Shown: positions 1 to 11,422, counted from the first letter of the stretch. The stretch: DNA of 64,000 nt from Pseudomonadota bacterium (GCA_018816555.1 JAHIVT010000086.1:36973-100972); one strand, 5' to 3'. Numbers and translations are program-made. Notes: generated by a model not told the origin, from the letters alone.

Positions 1-438
1 CTGCCGGCCAATTTCCTGCCGCTCATGACCCTGGATACCCTGGGGCTTGAGAAAAGTGGTTCCATTTATGACGGGGTTATCTCCCTGTACCAGCATAGAT
101 ATTTCTTTGTCGCCATCATGGTGGCTTTAACCAGCCTTATTTTCCCCCTGGCCAAGCTGTCACTTCTTTTTCTGGTTTCCCTGGCTCTCAAGCTGAAGGT
201 TTATCCCCGTTTTCTCTCGCTCTGCCTTCGTTATTACCATCATCTTGATGAATGGGGGATGCTTGAGGTATACATGGTCGGCATCCTGGTGACGATTATC
301 AAGATGTATCATATGGCGCATATCCAGTACGATGCAGGTTTCTTCTGTTTCATGGGCCTGTTGTGGGTAGCCCTCGGTTCTTCCGTGGTGCTGGATGAAC
401 ATCTCTTCTGGCGTCTCATCGAGCATAAAAAAAGCTGA
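1..438 (+). CDS. pqiA: Paraquat-inducible protein A / LetA-family membrane protein (first half-gene), 5' end outside window
   Basis: Frame open from base 1 (LPANFLPLM...); PqiA motif 'EWGMLEVYMVGILVTIIKM'; several TM segments. Confidence 0.85.
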   Translation: MPANFLPLMTLDTLGLEKSGSIYDGVISLYQHRYFFVAIMVALTSLIFPLAKLSLLFLVSLALKLKVYPRFLSLCLRYYHHLDEWGMLEVYMVGILVTIIKMYHMAHIQYDAGFFCFMGLLWVALGSSVVLDEHLFWRLIEHKKS

Positions 439-474
439 CATCATGGGCAGAACCGGAGAGAGGAGAGGACCATA

Positions 475-1086
475 ATGAGCGATTTTCTCACTGCCAGGGA
501 GGCCGGACTGGCCCTGTGTCATGATTGCCATAAGCTGATCCCCTGGCAGCATGAGCAGGGAGGCACCATTTGTCCCCGCTGCGGTGCGGATGTCCATATG
601 CGCAAGCCGCACAGCATAAGCCGCACCTGGGCGCTGGTGATCACCGCGGTGATTCTGCTGGTTCCTGCCAATGTCCTGCCGATTATGGAGGTGGATTCCA
701 TGGGGTCAGCGGCTTATTCCACTATTTTAGACGGTATCATCTATTTTTTTGAAGAGGGTTCTTACGCTATCGGCATCGTCATCCTCACCGCCAGTGTGCT
801 GGTACCGTGTTTTAAAATCATCGGCATTGTCCTGATCCTGCTGTCCGTTCATTTCCGATGGAAAAGCTGGCTCAGGCACAAGACACTGCTTTTTCGGGTC
901 ATCGGTTTTGTCGGACGCTGGTCCATGCTTGATATTTTTGTCATCGCCCTGCTGCAGGTTCTGGTTAATTTCGGCTATCTGACCTCCATTGAATCAGCGC
1001 CGGCCGCCACCTATTTCACCGGGGTAGTGCTGACCACCATGTTTGCCGCCATTACTTTTGATCCACGTCTTCTGTGGGATGCGTGA
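475..1086 (+). CDS. pqiA: PqiA/LetA-family membrane protein (second half-gene) with N-terminal Zn ribbon
   Basis: CHDC...CPRC, 'RKPHSISRTWAL', 'GRWSMLDIFV', 'FDPRLLWD'; GAGGA RBS upstream. Confidence 0.9.
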   Translation: MSDFLTAREAGLALCHDCHKLIPWQHEQGGTICPRCGADVHMRKPHSISRTWALVITAVILLVPANVLPIMEVDSMGSAAYSTILDGIIYFFEEGSYAIGIVILTASVLVPCFKIIGIVLILLSVHFRWKSWLRHKTLLFRVIGFVGRWSMLDIFVIALLQVLVNFGYLTSIESAPAATYFTGVVLTTMFAAITFDPRLLWDA

Positions 1087-1102
1087 AAGGGATTTTTTCG
1101 CC

Positions 1103-3784
1103 ATGCAGACACCTGAAGTAAAGAAGAGAAGAGGCATCTCACCCATCTGGATATTGCCCGTTGTCGCCCTGCTTATCGGCGGCTGGCTGCTGTTCAAGGG
1201 GGTGCGCGAGGCCCCTATCGGCATTGTCGTCCACTTTGACAACGCCGAGGGCGTTACCGCGGGCAAGACCAGGGTGATGTATCGGGGCATTCCCCTGGGC
1301 ATTGTTCGTGATATTACGGTGGATCCTGGGTTGCAGAGAGTTGCCATGGCCATTGACATGGACAGCAGGGCCAAAGACAATCTGGTGGAAGACGTCAAGT
1401 TCTGGATTGTCAGGCCCGAGGTGTCGGCCGGCAGGATCAGCGGTCTTGATACCCTGCTTGCCGGCAGCTACATTGAGGTGCAGAAGGGCGAAAGCACGGT
1501 TGCCCGCCGTGATTTCAGCGGCCTTCCCCATGCCCCGGCAATACCGCAAAGGGCTGCCGGCCTGCATTTCAAGCTGAAGGCTGATGAGCTGGGCTCGGTG
1601 CAGCGGGGAACGAAAATCTTTTTTAAGAACATTTCCATCGGTTCCGTGCAGGGATATGCCCTTGATCCGGAGGCGGGGGTGACCATCGACTGCTATATTG
1701 ATCCGCAATACCAGCATCTGGTCCGCAAAGAAACCCGCTTCTGGAACAGCAGCGGCATTACCCTGCAGGGGGATCTTGCCGGATTCAAGATCCACATGGA
1801 GAGTATGGCCTCCCTCATCTATGGCGGCATCAGCCTGTACACCCCTGAGGAGAAGAAGGACAGCGTGCCTGCGGAAAACGGCGCGGTGTATCACCTGTAC
1901 AGGGATTTTGACGAGGCGGACTACGGCATCAAGATAACCCTGCAGCTGCCTTCCGGCATGGGGCTTAGCGCCGGTTCCTCCAAGGTGATGTATCGCGGCT
2001 TTGAGGCCGGTATTGTCAAGAGTCTGACTTTCAACAAGGATGCCAAGCATAGTGTCACCGTTCAGATTCTCATGCAGCCCCAGGCGGAGTTTGCCCTCAG
2101 GACAAAAACAAAATTCTGGGTGGTCAGGCCGCAACTGTCGGTGAACCGGGTGGAAAATCTTGACACCCTGATAAAGGGTTCCCATATCTCTTTCGCGCCC
2201 GGCGGCGGGGAATTCTGTGATCATTTTATCGTGCAGGAGCAGCCCAATTCCGAGGAGATTCTGGAGCCGGGGAGCAGGTTTACCCTTATTGCGGATAATT
2301 CCAGATCCTTTTCCCTGGGCGCCCCGGTTCTTTTTCGCAAGCTGCAGGTGGGTGAGATAACCGGTTTTGACCTTGACCCGGACGGAAACCATGTCCAGGC
2401 CCAGATTTTTATCCAGGAAAAGTATGCCCATCTGGTCAAAGCCGATTCCGTCTTCTGGAAGGTCGGCGGCATGCGCATCGATGCCGGTCTGGAGGGTATC
2501 AGTGTGGCGACGGAAACCGTGACATCCATTCTTGCCGGCGGTGTGGCCTTTGCCAGCAGGAACCTGGAACAGAAGCCCGGGGCACCGGCGGCAGAGCCGA
2601 ATGCCACGTTCACCGTGTTTGACAGCTACCGTGAGGCAACGGAGGCCATTTCTTCCCTCAAGCCCAGGGGGCTGATGGTGCAGCTTGCGGCCGAGAGTCT
2701 CAAGTCATTGTCGATCGGTTCACCTGTTTTATTCAAACAGATCGAGGTGGGCGAGATTGCCGGATTTCATCTTGATGAAAAAAAACAGGACATTGTTCTC
2801 GATGTCTTTATTGCCGAAAAGTATGCCCATCTGGTCAGAAACACCAGCAGATTTTACAATGTGAGCGGTGTCAGCGTGGAGGGCGGACTCGCCGGCATCA
2901 GGGTGCGCACGGAGTCACTCAAGAGTGTTATCGCGGGCGGCATTGCTTTTTATACCCCGGCTGAGGGAGAAGCGGTTACAGCCGATCAACTCTTTAACCT
3001 CTATGACGATTATCAGAGCGCCGAGAGCGCTGACAAGAGCACAATCACCCTGTATTTTTCAAAAGCCAACGGACTCAGAAAGGGTGTTGAAATCAGGTAC
3101 CAGGGCATCAGGGTGGGCACGGTTAATGATGTGCAGTATGGAGCGGACATGGACTCCGTGGTGGCTGAGGCGGTGATTGACCTGGGTGCTGAAAGGTTTT
3201 TCCGTCAGGACACCCAGGTCTGGCTGGTCAATCCGGAATTCAATCTTTCCGGCATAAATAATCTCGATACCATGATCCCGGGTCCTTACATTGCCGTAAC
3301 CCCAGGCCATGGCGAGGCCGCCTCCGAGCTGACTGCCCTGGACACCCCGCCGGTCCGGGAGCGGAGCAGCAGCGGCCTGGATATTGTGCTGGAGACTGCT
3401 ACCCTCGGTTCCCTGAAAAGGAATTCCCCGGTTTATTACCGGCAGGTGGCCGTGGGCCGTGTGACGGGTGCTGATCTGGGGCCGAACTCCCGCCAGGTCT
3501 GGGTCTATATCAATATCCATCCCCCCTATGAGGCCTTGATCCATGAACATACCATGTTCTGGAACGTAAGCGGCATCAGGGTGGATGCCGGGCTATTTTC
3601 CGGGGTGCAGATCGATACGGAATCCATGGAGGCAATTGTGGCCGGCGGGATCAGCCTGGCAACGCCGGAAGGGGAGGCAATGGGACGGGAGGCGGAGCCG
3701 GGCAGCCATTTTCCGCTGCATGACAAGGCGGATGCCGGCTGGCTTGGCTGGCAACCTGCCATTGAGCTGAACAATGTAAAATAA
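1103..3784 (+). CDS. letB: LetB/YebT-type multi-MCE lipid transport tunnel protein (7 MCE domains)
   Basis: N-terminal 'ISPIWILP' plus TM; seven repeats of the MCE core (G..G..V.(Y/F)(R/K)...G.(V/I)); ATG 1103 preferred to the ORF-track start at 1043. Confidence 0.85.
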   Translation: MQTPEVKKRRGISPIWILPVVALLIGGWLLFKGVREAPIGIVVHFDNAEGVTAGKTRVMYRGIPLGIVRDITVDPGLQRVAMAIDMDSRAKDNLVEDVKFWIVRPEVSAGRISGLDTLLAGSYIEVQKGESTVARRDFSGLPHAPAIPQRAAGLHFKLKADELGSVQRGTKIFFKNISIGSVQGYALDPEAGVTIDCYIDPQYQHLVRKETRFWNSSGITLQGDLAGFKIHMESMASLIYGGISLYTPEEKKDSVPAENGAVYHLYRDFDEADYGIKITLQLPSGMGLSAGSSKVMYRGFEAGIVKSLTFNKDAKHSVTVQILMQPQAEFALRTKTKFWVVRPQLSVNRVENLDTLIKGSHISFAPGGGEFCDHFIVQEQPNSEEILEPGSRFTLIADNSRSFSLGAPVLFRKLQVGEITGFDLDPDGNHVQAQIFIQEKYAHLVKADSVFWKVGGMRIDAGLEGISVATETVTSILAGGVAFASRNLEQKPGAPAAEPNATFTVFDSYREATEAISSLKPRGLMVQLAAESLKSLSIGSPVLFKQIEVGEIAGFHLDEKKQDIVLDVFIAEKYAHLVRNTSRFYNVSGVSVEGGLAGIRVRTESLKSVIAGGIAFYTPAEGEAVTADQLFNLYDDYQSAESADKSTITLYFSKANGLRKGVEIRYQGIRVGTVNDVQYGADMDSVVAEAVIDLGAERFFRQDTQVWLVNPEFNLSGINNLDTMIPGPYIAVTPGHGEAASELTALDTPPVRERSSSGLDIVLETATLGSLKRNSPVYYRQVAVGRVTGADLGPNSRQVWVYINIHPPYEALIHEHTMFWNVSGIRVDAGLFSGVQIDTESMEAIVAGGISLATPEGEAMGREAEPGSHFPLHDKADAGWLGWQPAIELNNVK

Positions 3785-3852
3785 TTCGCTCCTTTGCTTG
3801 TTTTTTTTATGCCATACTGTTTTTGTGAAAGCCCTGAAACCATGCAGATCCT

Positions 3853-6576
3853 ATGAATGAACGCCGGAAAATAATAGCCATATTCAGTACGACAGTTTTT
3901 CTGCTCATCTCCCTGGTTGTCGGCGGAAGCATCTATTTCCTCCACAAAACAGCGGTACGTGAGCAGGGCATCCGGCTGCTGGAAATGACCATCAGCAGGG
4001 CGAATTTGATTGAAGCCCTGGTCAGGGACATGAAAGCCCTTGCACCCCTCGACAGTCTGCCTGACGGTTTTGACATCAATAAGTTTCTGCTGGCCCTGAA
4101 CCTGCGTGCCGGAGAGATTGCAGAACAGTCGGAACGCATGACCTCTTTTTTTGCAGACAAAAATGAAAAGAGGAGTAAGAGTCTGGAGTTTGTTATTGCC
4201 CGCAGGGTGGGTGAGAGGGTTTATTTTATCAATTCCCGCGGCATGGAGATGCCCCCTGTGCCTTTGGCATCAGTCAGCCAAAAACCCATCGGCCAGGCCA
4301 TCCAGGGCAAGACCGGGGTCAAGCAGGTTATTGATCATCAGGGGTTGCCGGTGCTGGTGGCCTTCACCCATATTGAGGGAACCGACTGGGGACTTGCCTC
4401 GAAAATCGCCATTGATGATATGCAGACCGCTTTCTTTAAGGCGAGTTTTTTATCCATCGGCGTCGCCCTGGTGCTCCTGTTGGTCGGGGCAACCGTTCTG
4501 CTGACCATTGTCAATCCGCTCATCTACAACCTTGAATCGGCCCGGGACGAGGCGGCAGCCGCCAATCGCACCAAAAGCGAATTTCTGGCCAACATCAGTC
4601 ACGAGATCAGGACGCCGATGAACGGCATCATCGGCATGACCGATCTTGCCCTGCAGACTGATCTGAGCCAGGAACAGCGATCCTATCTCAATACGGTGCA
4701 AGGTTCGGCCAAGAACCTGCTCGGTCTGCTCAATGATATCCTCGATTTTTCCAAAATTGAGGCAGGCCAGCTGGAAATGGAAATCCTTCCCTTTGAACTG
4801 CGGGAAACCATTGAAACCTGTGTGCAGACATTTGCCGCCCAGGCCCACGAAAAGGGGGTTGAACTCTTTTCCTATCTTCCTGCCGATCTGCCGGTGGAAA
4901 TTGTCGGTGATCAGCTGCGGCTCAGTCAGATTCTCTTTAATCTGGTGGGCAATGCGGTGAAATTTACCCAGCAGGGTGAGATCGTCGTGCGGGTCGAGCA
5001 AGCGGAAGCTGATCCGGAGGATGATAATATGCTGGTCTATTATTTTTCCGTTTCCGATACCGGCATCGGCATCCCTGTGGACAAACAGGAAATGATCTTT
5101 GACACCTTCAGCCAGGCTGACAGTTCGGTGGCAAGGCTGCATGGCGGAACCGGCCTGGGCCTTTCCATTGTCAAGAAACTGGTGGAGATGATGGGCGGCA
5201 CGATCCGGGTGGAAAGCACACCCGGCGGCGGCAGTATCTTTCGTTTCACCGCCCGTTTCCGTCGGGGCGTTGCGGTGAAAGAGCAGGCTGCATTCCATAT
5301 TGATACATCGAAGCTCCCGGTGCTGGTGGTGGATGACAATGAAACAAATCGCTACATCCTCAAGGAATTTTTACGGGGCTGGAACTTCCCCGTGGCTGAG
5401 GCTGCCTCGGCCGAGGAGGCACGGCGTGAGGTGGACCGGGCAAACCGGACCTCCCAGCCGTACAGGCTTCTGATTCTCGATTATCGCATGGCCGGGCTCA
5501 ATGGCCTTGAACTGGCCGAACAGCTTGTCGAAAGCCTGGGTGAAGCCATGATGCCTTTCATTCTTCTTTCCTCCTCGGTGGAAAGAGGCATTTCCAAAAA
5601 GTGCCAGGAACTCGCCGGATGCTTTTTTCTGATGAAGCCCTTTAAAAAGGAAGAGCTGGCCCGCTGCATCCGTTTTGCCGTGAGTGGCCGACAACCGGAA
5701 GATATCCGGGAGAAGAGAAGAGACCAGGAGCAAATTGCCGGGAAGGTGAACATTCTGCTGGTGGAGGACCACTCCATTAACCGGGAGTTGGCCGGAATTC
5801 TGCTTGCCAAGCGAGGATACCAGGTGTTTGAGGCTGAGGATGGGGTTGCGGCGCTTCGTTTTCTGGTGGGAAACAGCATTGATCTTGTGCTGATGGATGT
5901 GCAGATGCCGTTGCTGGACGGTTTATCAGCAACAAAGATTATCCGTCTCTGTGAGGAAAGAAGGTTGGATGAAGCCCAGGAGCTTTTTCCTTTTCTGGCA
6001 GAAGGGGAAAACGCAGGACTGGTCGAGAAAATCTGCGATGTCTATGGTGGTGGTCATCTGCCGGTGGTGGCCATGACCGCCCATGCCATGCAGAAAGACA
6101 GGCAGCAGTGTCTTGAGATGGGCATGGATGACTATCTGACCAAGCCGTTCAATGCCCAGGCGCTGTATGGGGTGCTTGACAAATTAACCGGTGCAGGTCC
6201 CGGCGGGCCGCTGGAGGTTACGACCACACAGCCGCAAGAGTTGCCGGCCCCCGCCACGGTGCTGGAGGGCGTGCAGCTCAAACTCCAGCAGCAATATAAC
6301 TTGAAGCCGGAAAAGATCAGAGATATTGTCAAAATCACGGTGAAAAGCTTGCAGGATCATCTTGAGGAGGCGGAACGGGCAGAGGCCGCCGGCGACTTGG
6401 TTGCGCTCAATTTCGCGGCCCACGCCATGAAGGGCATTCTCCTGAATTTCTCCCTTGATGATCTGGCCCGCATGGCAAACGAGGTGGAAAGTGCCGCCAT
6501 GCGCAAGGAGGAGGCACCGTTTAAGGTGATGCTGGCCGAACTGCGCAAAAATCTGGAAGTATTTTTTGCCGAATAG
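3853..6576 (+). CDS. Hybrid sensor histidine kinase (TM-Cache-like-TM-HisKA-HATPase-REC-REC-Hpt)
   Basis: H-box '[15 protein letters not shown]', N/G boxes, two receiver domains, Hpt 'AHAMKG'. Confidence 0.93.
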   Translation: MNERRKIIAIFSTTVFLLISLVVGGSIYFLHKTAVREQGIRLLEMTISRANLIEALVRDMKALAPLDSLPDGFDINKFLLALNLRAGEIAEQSERMTSFFADKNEKRSKSLEFVIARRVGERVYFINSRGMEMPPVPLASVSQKPIGQAIQGKTGVKQVIDHQGLPVLVAFTHIEGTDWGLASKIAIDDMQTAFFKASFLSIGVALVLLLVGATVLLTIVNPLIYNLESARDEAAAANRTKSEFLANISHEIRTPMNGIIGMTDLALQTDLSQEQRSYLNTVQGSAKNLLGLLNDILDFSKIEAGQLEMEILPFELRETIETCVQTFAAQAHEKGVELFSYLPADLPVEIVGDQLRLSQILFNLVGNAVKFTQQGEIVVRVEQAEADPEDDNMLVYYFSVSDTGIGIPVDKQEMIFDTFSQADSSVARLHGGTGLGLSIVKKLVEMMGGTIRVESTPGGGSIFRFTARFRRGVAVKEQAAFHIDTSKLPVLVVDDNETNRYILKEFLRGWNFPVAEAASAEEARREVDRANRTSQPYRLLILDYRMAGLNGLELAEQLVESLGEAMMPFILLSSSVERGISKKCQELAGCFFLMKPFKKEELARCIRFAVSGRQPEDIREKRRDQEQIAGKVNILLVEDHSINRELAGILLAKRGYQVFEAEDGVAALRFLVGNSIDLVLMDVQMPLLDGLSATKIIRLCEERRLDEAQELFPFLAEGENAGLVEKICDVYGGGHLPVVAMTAHAMQKDRQQCLEMGMDDYLTKPFNAQALYGVLDKLTGAGPGGPLEVTTTQPQELPAPATVLEGVQLKLQQQYNLKPEKIRDIVKITVKSLQDHLEEAERAEAAGDLVALNFAAHAMKGILLNFSLDDLARMANEVESAAMRKEEAPFKVMLAELRKNLEVFFAE

Positions 6577-6744
6577 GGTAGAATGACCACTGGAAAGTCG
6601 TTTGGTTCCGCTGACATCGGTGGTCTTGCATGGCCGGGGCAACAGGGTTTGGCTGGACAGCAGGCCTCCAGCGATCATGCAGGTATCCGGCAGGAGCAAC
6701 GGGCAGCTTTATTTTAATGAGACGTCAAGGCGAGAGATTCCTTT

Positions 6745-8208
6745 GTGACGAGACAGGCGGCAGAACTCAGATATGCAGTCCGTTTGCGGGTGGTTTTCAA
6801 GTATTTCGGGCAACTGTGTCTGGTGCTTGCGGCGTTGACTGTTGTGACGTTGCTGGTGTCCGTATTTTTCGGTGAGAGGGATATCAGCCTGCGTTATGCC
6901 ATGGTGGTTGCCGTGCTCATTGCGCTGGGAGCCGCCTTTTCCCGCCTGCCGGCGCCGTCCAGTGTCCAGCCTAATGAAGGCATGGTGCTGGTGGCTCTCA
7001 TGTTTCTCTTCACCCCACTCATGATGGTTTATCCGATGATGGCCGCGGGAATGGGCTTTGTCGACGCCCTTTTTGAGGCCATCTCCGGGGTGACCACAAC
7101 AGGGCTGAGTACCATGGCGACCCTTACCGGGGCCCCTGCCACCTTTCTCTTTTCCCGGGCCTGGATGCAGTGGTATGGCGGTCTGGGCATCGTCATCCTC
7201 TCCCTGGGACTGGCCATGCAACCTGGTCTGGTGGCCAAAGGGCTGGCTGTTACCGAGGCCGAGGCCCATGATTTGGTTGGCGGCACAAGAGCCCATGCCC
7301 GGCGGGTCATGAAGGTCTATGTCGCCTTGACCGTTATCGGCATTCTGGGTGCGTTGCTGGTTGGGGTCAGTCTGTTTGATGCGGTGCTGTATACCTTTTC
7401 TGCCGTCTCCACCGGAGGGTTTGCCCCATACGACTCCAGTCTCGGCGTCTTCGGCTGGCCTGCCCAGCTGTGGGTCAGCCTGCTCTGTCTGTCTGGGGCT
7501 GTTTCCCTGGGCTTCTACCACCGGATATACCGGCAAAGACACCTGATGCTCGGGGATTTCTCCCAGGCGCGGGCCCTGCTGGTTGCCGGACTGGTCATTT
7601 CACTGTTCCTGGGCGCAAGCATGCGCTTTGGAAGTGACATGCCCTGGGCAACAGTACTGCACCATGCGCCGGTGTTGGCCGTCTCAGCCCAGACGACCGC
7701 GGGTTTTGCTTCCACGCCGTGTTCGCAGCTGAATGCCGGCTCCAAGCTGATCCTCATCTTTTCCATGCTGGTGGGGGGAGGCGTGGGCTCCACTGCCGGT
7801 GGTTTTAAACTGTTGCGCCTGCTGATTGCGCTAAGCGTTTTTCGTTTTATCCTCCTGCGGACCTGTCTGCCGCAGCATGCCGTGGTCGAACCGCGGCTGG
7901 AGGGTCGTATTCTGGAGGGAAAGGAGATTCAGGAGGCGCTGCTGCTCATTCTGCTGTTTGTCGCGGTTGTGGCGCTCTCCTGGCTGGTTTTTGTGGCAAT
8001 GGGGTTTGATCCCCTTGACTCATTGTTTGAGGTGGCTTCGGCCACCGGGACAGTTGGGCTTTCCGTTGGCATAACAAATTCAGCCTTGCCCGCCCTGCTC
8101 AAGGGTGTTTTGTGCGTTGACATGCTCATGGGCAGGCTGGAAATCATCGCCTGGCTGGTGTTGCTCTATCCGGGCACATGGTTTGGCAGAAGAATGGAGG
8201 TCAAATGA
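6745..8208 (+). CDS. trkH: TrkH-family potassium uptake membrane protein
   Basis: Pore motifs 'SGVTTTGLS', 'STGGF', 'TTAGF', 'GTVGLS'; 'GSTAGGFK'; 'MGRLEI'. Confidence 0.92.
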   Translation: MTRQAAELRYAVRLRVVFKYFGQLCLVLAALTVVTLLVSVFFGERDISLRYAMVVAVLIALGAAFSRLPAPSSVQPNEGMVLVALMFLFTPLMMVYPMMAAGMGFVDALFEAISGVTTTGLSTMATLTGAPATFLFSRAWMQWYGGLGIVILSLGLAMQPGLVAKGLAVTEAEAHDLVGGTRAHARRVMKVYVALTVIGILGALLVGVSLFDAVLYTFSAVSTGGFAPYDSSLGVFGWPAQLWVSLLCLSGAVSLGFYHRIYRQRHLMLGDFSQARALLVAGLVISLFLGASMRFGSDMPWATVLHHAPVLAVSAQTTAGFASTPCSQLNAGSKLILIFSMLVGGGVGSTAGGFKLLRLLIALSVFRFILLRTCLPQHAVVEPRLEGRILEGKEIQEALLLILLFVAVVALSWLVFVAMGFDPLDSLFEVASATGTVGLSVGITNSALPALLKGVLCVDMLMGRLEIIAWLVLLYPGTWFGRRMEVK

Positions 8209-8888
8209 GAATTGTTTTTGTCGGAGCAGGCGAGGTGAGCATTGGCACCGCCAAGGCACTGATCAGTAAGGGGCACGAGGTGGTCATCATCGAGACCGAC
8301 AAGGTGAAGATCAGCGAGCTGTCCTCTCAGCTGGATTGCAGTTTTTTACAGGGGGATGGCAGCAGGCCGGACATTCTGCGGGAGGTAAATCCCGAACAGA
8401 CAGACGTACTGGTCTGCCTGTCCAACAGCGAACAGGCAAATGTCATCGCCAGTCTGGTGGGACGTTCTCTCGGTTTCAAACGGGTGGTGACAAGTATTGC
8501 CGATCCACAGTTTGAGAGCATCTGTCTGGAACTGGGGCTGAAGGATACCATTATTCCTTCCCGCACCATCAGCCGCCATTTGGAGGACATGATCAGCGGC
8601 GTGGAGAACCTCGAATTGTCAGTGGTCATCAAGGATGAGGCCAGGTTTTTCACCCTGATTGCCAGAGAAGAGGATGCGGTGACCGCCAGGGAATTGAAAC
8701 TGCCGGCGGAGGCCAAGGTCATCTGTTATTATCGTGATGACAAGTTTTCCCATGCCGACGAGGAAACGAAATTCCGCAAGGGGGATGAACTGATCATATT
8801 GACGCACAGCAAAAATATTCCCGCCTTGCAGGAACGCTGGCAGGCAAAACCCATGGACAAGACCGGGGCTGACTCAGCAGATCAGTAG
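8205..8888 (+). CDS. trkA: TrkA-family NAD-binding (RCK) potassium uptake subunit
   Basis: 'MRIVFVGAGEV' Rossmann start, 'GDGS'; ATGA overlap with the trkH stop. Confidence 0.9.
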   Translation: MRIVFVGAGEVSIGTAKALISKGHEVVIIETDKVKISELSSQLDCSFLQGDGSRPDILREVNPEQTDVLVCLSNSEQANVIASLVGRSLGFKRVVTSIADPQFESICLELGLKDTIIPSRTISRHLEDMISGVENLELSVVIKDEARFFTLIAREEDAVTARELKLPAEAKVICYYRDDKFSHADEETKFRKGDELIILTHSKNIPALQERWQAKPMDKTGADSADQ

Positions 8889-9181
8889 CAGGCCGGAGTA
8901 GGCGGTCAGCCTGTATGGCGTTGTTACCCGTCCGGACTGTGCGGGCGTGACCGCTCATCTTCATTAAGTTTTCTCTGAAAGGCTACCTTATAAAATCAGG
9001 CATCTGGTTTGAGGACGAGAAACGGAAAAAATAATTTCTTTCATTAGTAGTAGCCTTAAATTGCTGCATGCAGAAGGATTTTTGAGATTAGATGTGGCGA
9101 GATTAAGTCGCAGCCGACTAATGTCCTCTCAACAGTTTGTCAAAATTTCCGGCACCAACTCTAAATCGACACCTTCCAGTT

Positions 9182-11422
9182 TCATGAACATGAATTCTCT
9201 TCGATGTGTAGTTTTTCGTTCATATTTCTTTCCTGCAATATCTTCCATACTTCACCGTTCTCAACTATTTCAATAAAATGCTGAACTGTAAAACCACAAG
9301 GAAACAGGTCGTCTTCTGGAAAGTTCTTCTCTAGCAACAAATTACCACTCAGTAGTTGTCGTTCATTCCTCAAAATTACAACCAGTCCTTCTAAAGAAAC
9401 CTTCAGATATCCATCGACAATTTCCTGATCATATTCAATCGAAGTGTCCACAATCCATGCATGAATTTTCACATTTTTTTCCACAGATGATAACCGTAAG
9501 TTTGAGAGTAAAGTCTCATCACTTTCAATTGCATGCCGAACAGCAATTTGTTTACGATGTAGCTGCTGGGCTGCCTTTCGTAAAGTGGTCGTTCTATGAA
9601 TCCAGGCCTCCTGCCTTGTCTTCCTCAAATATGTTGATTTTACTTCTAAAATAAAAAGATGATTACCCTGGTAGCAAATCAGATCTACCTCCCCTGGATC
9701 AAAATCATCAATCACTTCTGGTTGATATGCCTGTATAACGGCAAACCCTCTACTCCTGAATAAATCACCTAGTCGTGATTCAATACGATGGGTCTCATCC
9801 TTACGACCTTTTCGTCTGCATCCTATCCTTCGTAAATTATTTACCGCAGCGGTCAAGTTGTTCTGAGAGGCCATTAGCCACGGCAACTGAAATCCATATC
9901 TCCCCAGTTGAATGATCGGTTGCTCATTCAATTCAGGTGTCGGCATATTGGGAACTCTGGTTAGATTAACCTTCAGCTCTAGAAGATCATTTGTCCAGAA
10001 CTCCAAAATTGCTTTTGCTGCATTGATATCACCCTCTGGATATCGTTCCGAAACCGTCCAAGACTTTATACGTTCAACCTTCTTCGATGGTTCTGTCCAG
10101 GTTAAAGGGAAACGGTTTTCTCCTGTAGCAATACCTTCCATCATTAAATGGGATAACGCTGCAATCCAGTTACCTGATTCCTGCAAATTCTCCTGAAACT
10201 TCGCAATATATGATATGTTGAAAAATGCCGTCATGAGTTCGAGAGAGTGTATCGCTTTAAACAGATCAACCTGTGTACCATTAGGCAAGGAAATCTCCGA
10301 TTCTAGCCCAAATACTTCACCCAACTGAAGATACACCTGGCATGCCTTGATATAGGCAAAACGATTAAACTCATCGTTTTCTGGCAACCCAAACTGCTGA
10401 TTGGACATATCTGACTGTGAGTATTCGAGCACGGCCCTGTTGAACCAATAACCGTGAAGTGCAGATAGTTTCCTGCCGTTGAAATCCCAATCTGATTCTG
10501 CCGGAATGTCAATCGGGTAAATGGTTAGGTGATTTCCATCAAATCGATATCGGTAATCGTCGTCAAAACAAAATTCATAGATTGTTCCATGTAAGAAATC
10601 ATTCTTTTTCACTACAGACGATATTAGCTTGCTGAATTGCTGCAATATTTCAAAACATCGTGATGGTGGCCTTTCGCCTGGTAATAACAGCGGCATCAGG
10701 TGCTGTTTCAGAGACTTCGCTAAAAATCGCTCATTTAGTCGTAGATCGTTCTCTGGCCTGCTTTTGAGCTTCCATATGAGAAGTTCACCCAATGCGTCCC
10801 AAACGCTTTGATGGTGTGTATCCCAATCTTCGTTAACGTGATGTAAATCGGATCGATTGGGCACTAAATTCTGAAAAGTGAACAAGCTCCCGTATAGCAG
10901 ATACTCAAATATTGTCAACTCATCCAGTTTCTTTTGGAGATCAAAAATAAGATTGTTGTGCTGATGCAGTTCCTTACAGAGTAGCTGGCAAACTTTTATG
11001 AACTGAAGAAAATCAGAATTCCTATCGTTGGCTATCGAAAGAATACCTGTCCATGGCTGCGAATCTGGTTGAAGGAAAACTTGGGAATATCGTATCCCAC
11101 GTTTAAGCGTCTCTGGTTCTGTCTCAAGTAAGCGCTGGAATAATTTTTCATTTGCTAAGCCCAGATGCAGCGAACGGCCGAGTGCAAATGAAATGACATC
11201 AGACGAATAATTGGTTTCAGTTACTGTTTCCCAGAAGGAGCATTCCCATAATGCAGCGGTTCGAACCTGTTGAGTATAGCCACTTTTTACAGGCCTGCCA
11301 TCGAGGTAAAAGTGAGCGCAGGCTTCGGCAGCCAGTTTTTGGGAGCCAGTTGCCTTGAGATTAACTTGAAAAAACTTCTCATACGCCTGTCTGCACTGCT
11401 CAACCGTAGTAACAGAGGTCAT
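9182..11422 (-). CDS. Large protein with C-terminal NERD / PD-(D/E)xK nuclease-like domain
   Basis: 746 aa; 'ESRLGDLF...GEVDLICYQGNHLFILEVKS...KAAQQL' fits E...D...ExK...Q; N-terminal ~530 aa unrecognised. Confidence 0.75.
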   Translation of the reverse strand: MTSVTTVEQCRQAYEKFFQVNLKATGSQKLAAEACAHFYLDGRPVKSGYTQQVRTAALWECSFWETVTETNYSSDVISFALGRSLHLGLANEKLFQRLLETEPETLKRGIRYSQVFLQPDSQPWTGILSIANDRNSDFLQFIKVCQLLCKELHQHNNLIFDLQKKLDELTIFEYLLYGSLFTFQNLVPNRSDLHHVNEDWDTHHQSVWDALGELLIWKLKSRPENDLRLNERFLAKSLKQHLMPLLLPGERPPSRCFEILQQFSKLISSVVKKNDFLHGTIYEFCFDDDYRYRFDGNHLTIYPIDIPAESDWDFNGRKLSALHGYWFNRAVLEYSQSDMSNQQFGLPENDEFNRFAYIKACQVYLQLGEVFGLESEISLPNGTQVDLFKAIHSLELMTAFFNISYIAKFQENLQESGNWIAALSHLMMEGIATGENRFPLTWTEPSKKVERIKSWTVSERYPEGDINAAKAILEFWTNDLLELKVNLTRVPNMPTPELNEQPIIQLGRYGFQLPWLMASQNNLTAAVNNLRRIGCRRKGRKDETHRIESRLGDLFRSRGFAVIQAYQPEVIDDFDPGEVDLICYQGNHLFILEVKSTYLRKTRQEAWIHRTTTLRKAAQQLHRKQIAVRHAIESDETLLSNLRLSSVEKNVKIHAWIVDTSIEYDQEIVDGYLKVSLEGLVVILRNERQLLSGNLLLEKNFPEDDLFPCGFTVQHFIEIVENGEVWKILQERNMNEKLHIEENSCS

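Noticed and set aside
1139-2431. 430-aa antisense ORF and similar long shadow ORFs (33735-34898, 35091-36386, 60093-61055 and others)
   Set aside because: Antisense to well-supported genes in GC-rich DNA, with no recognisable motifs
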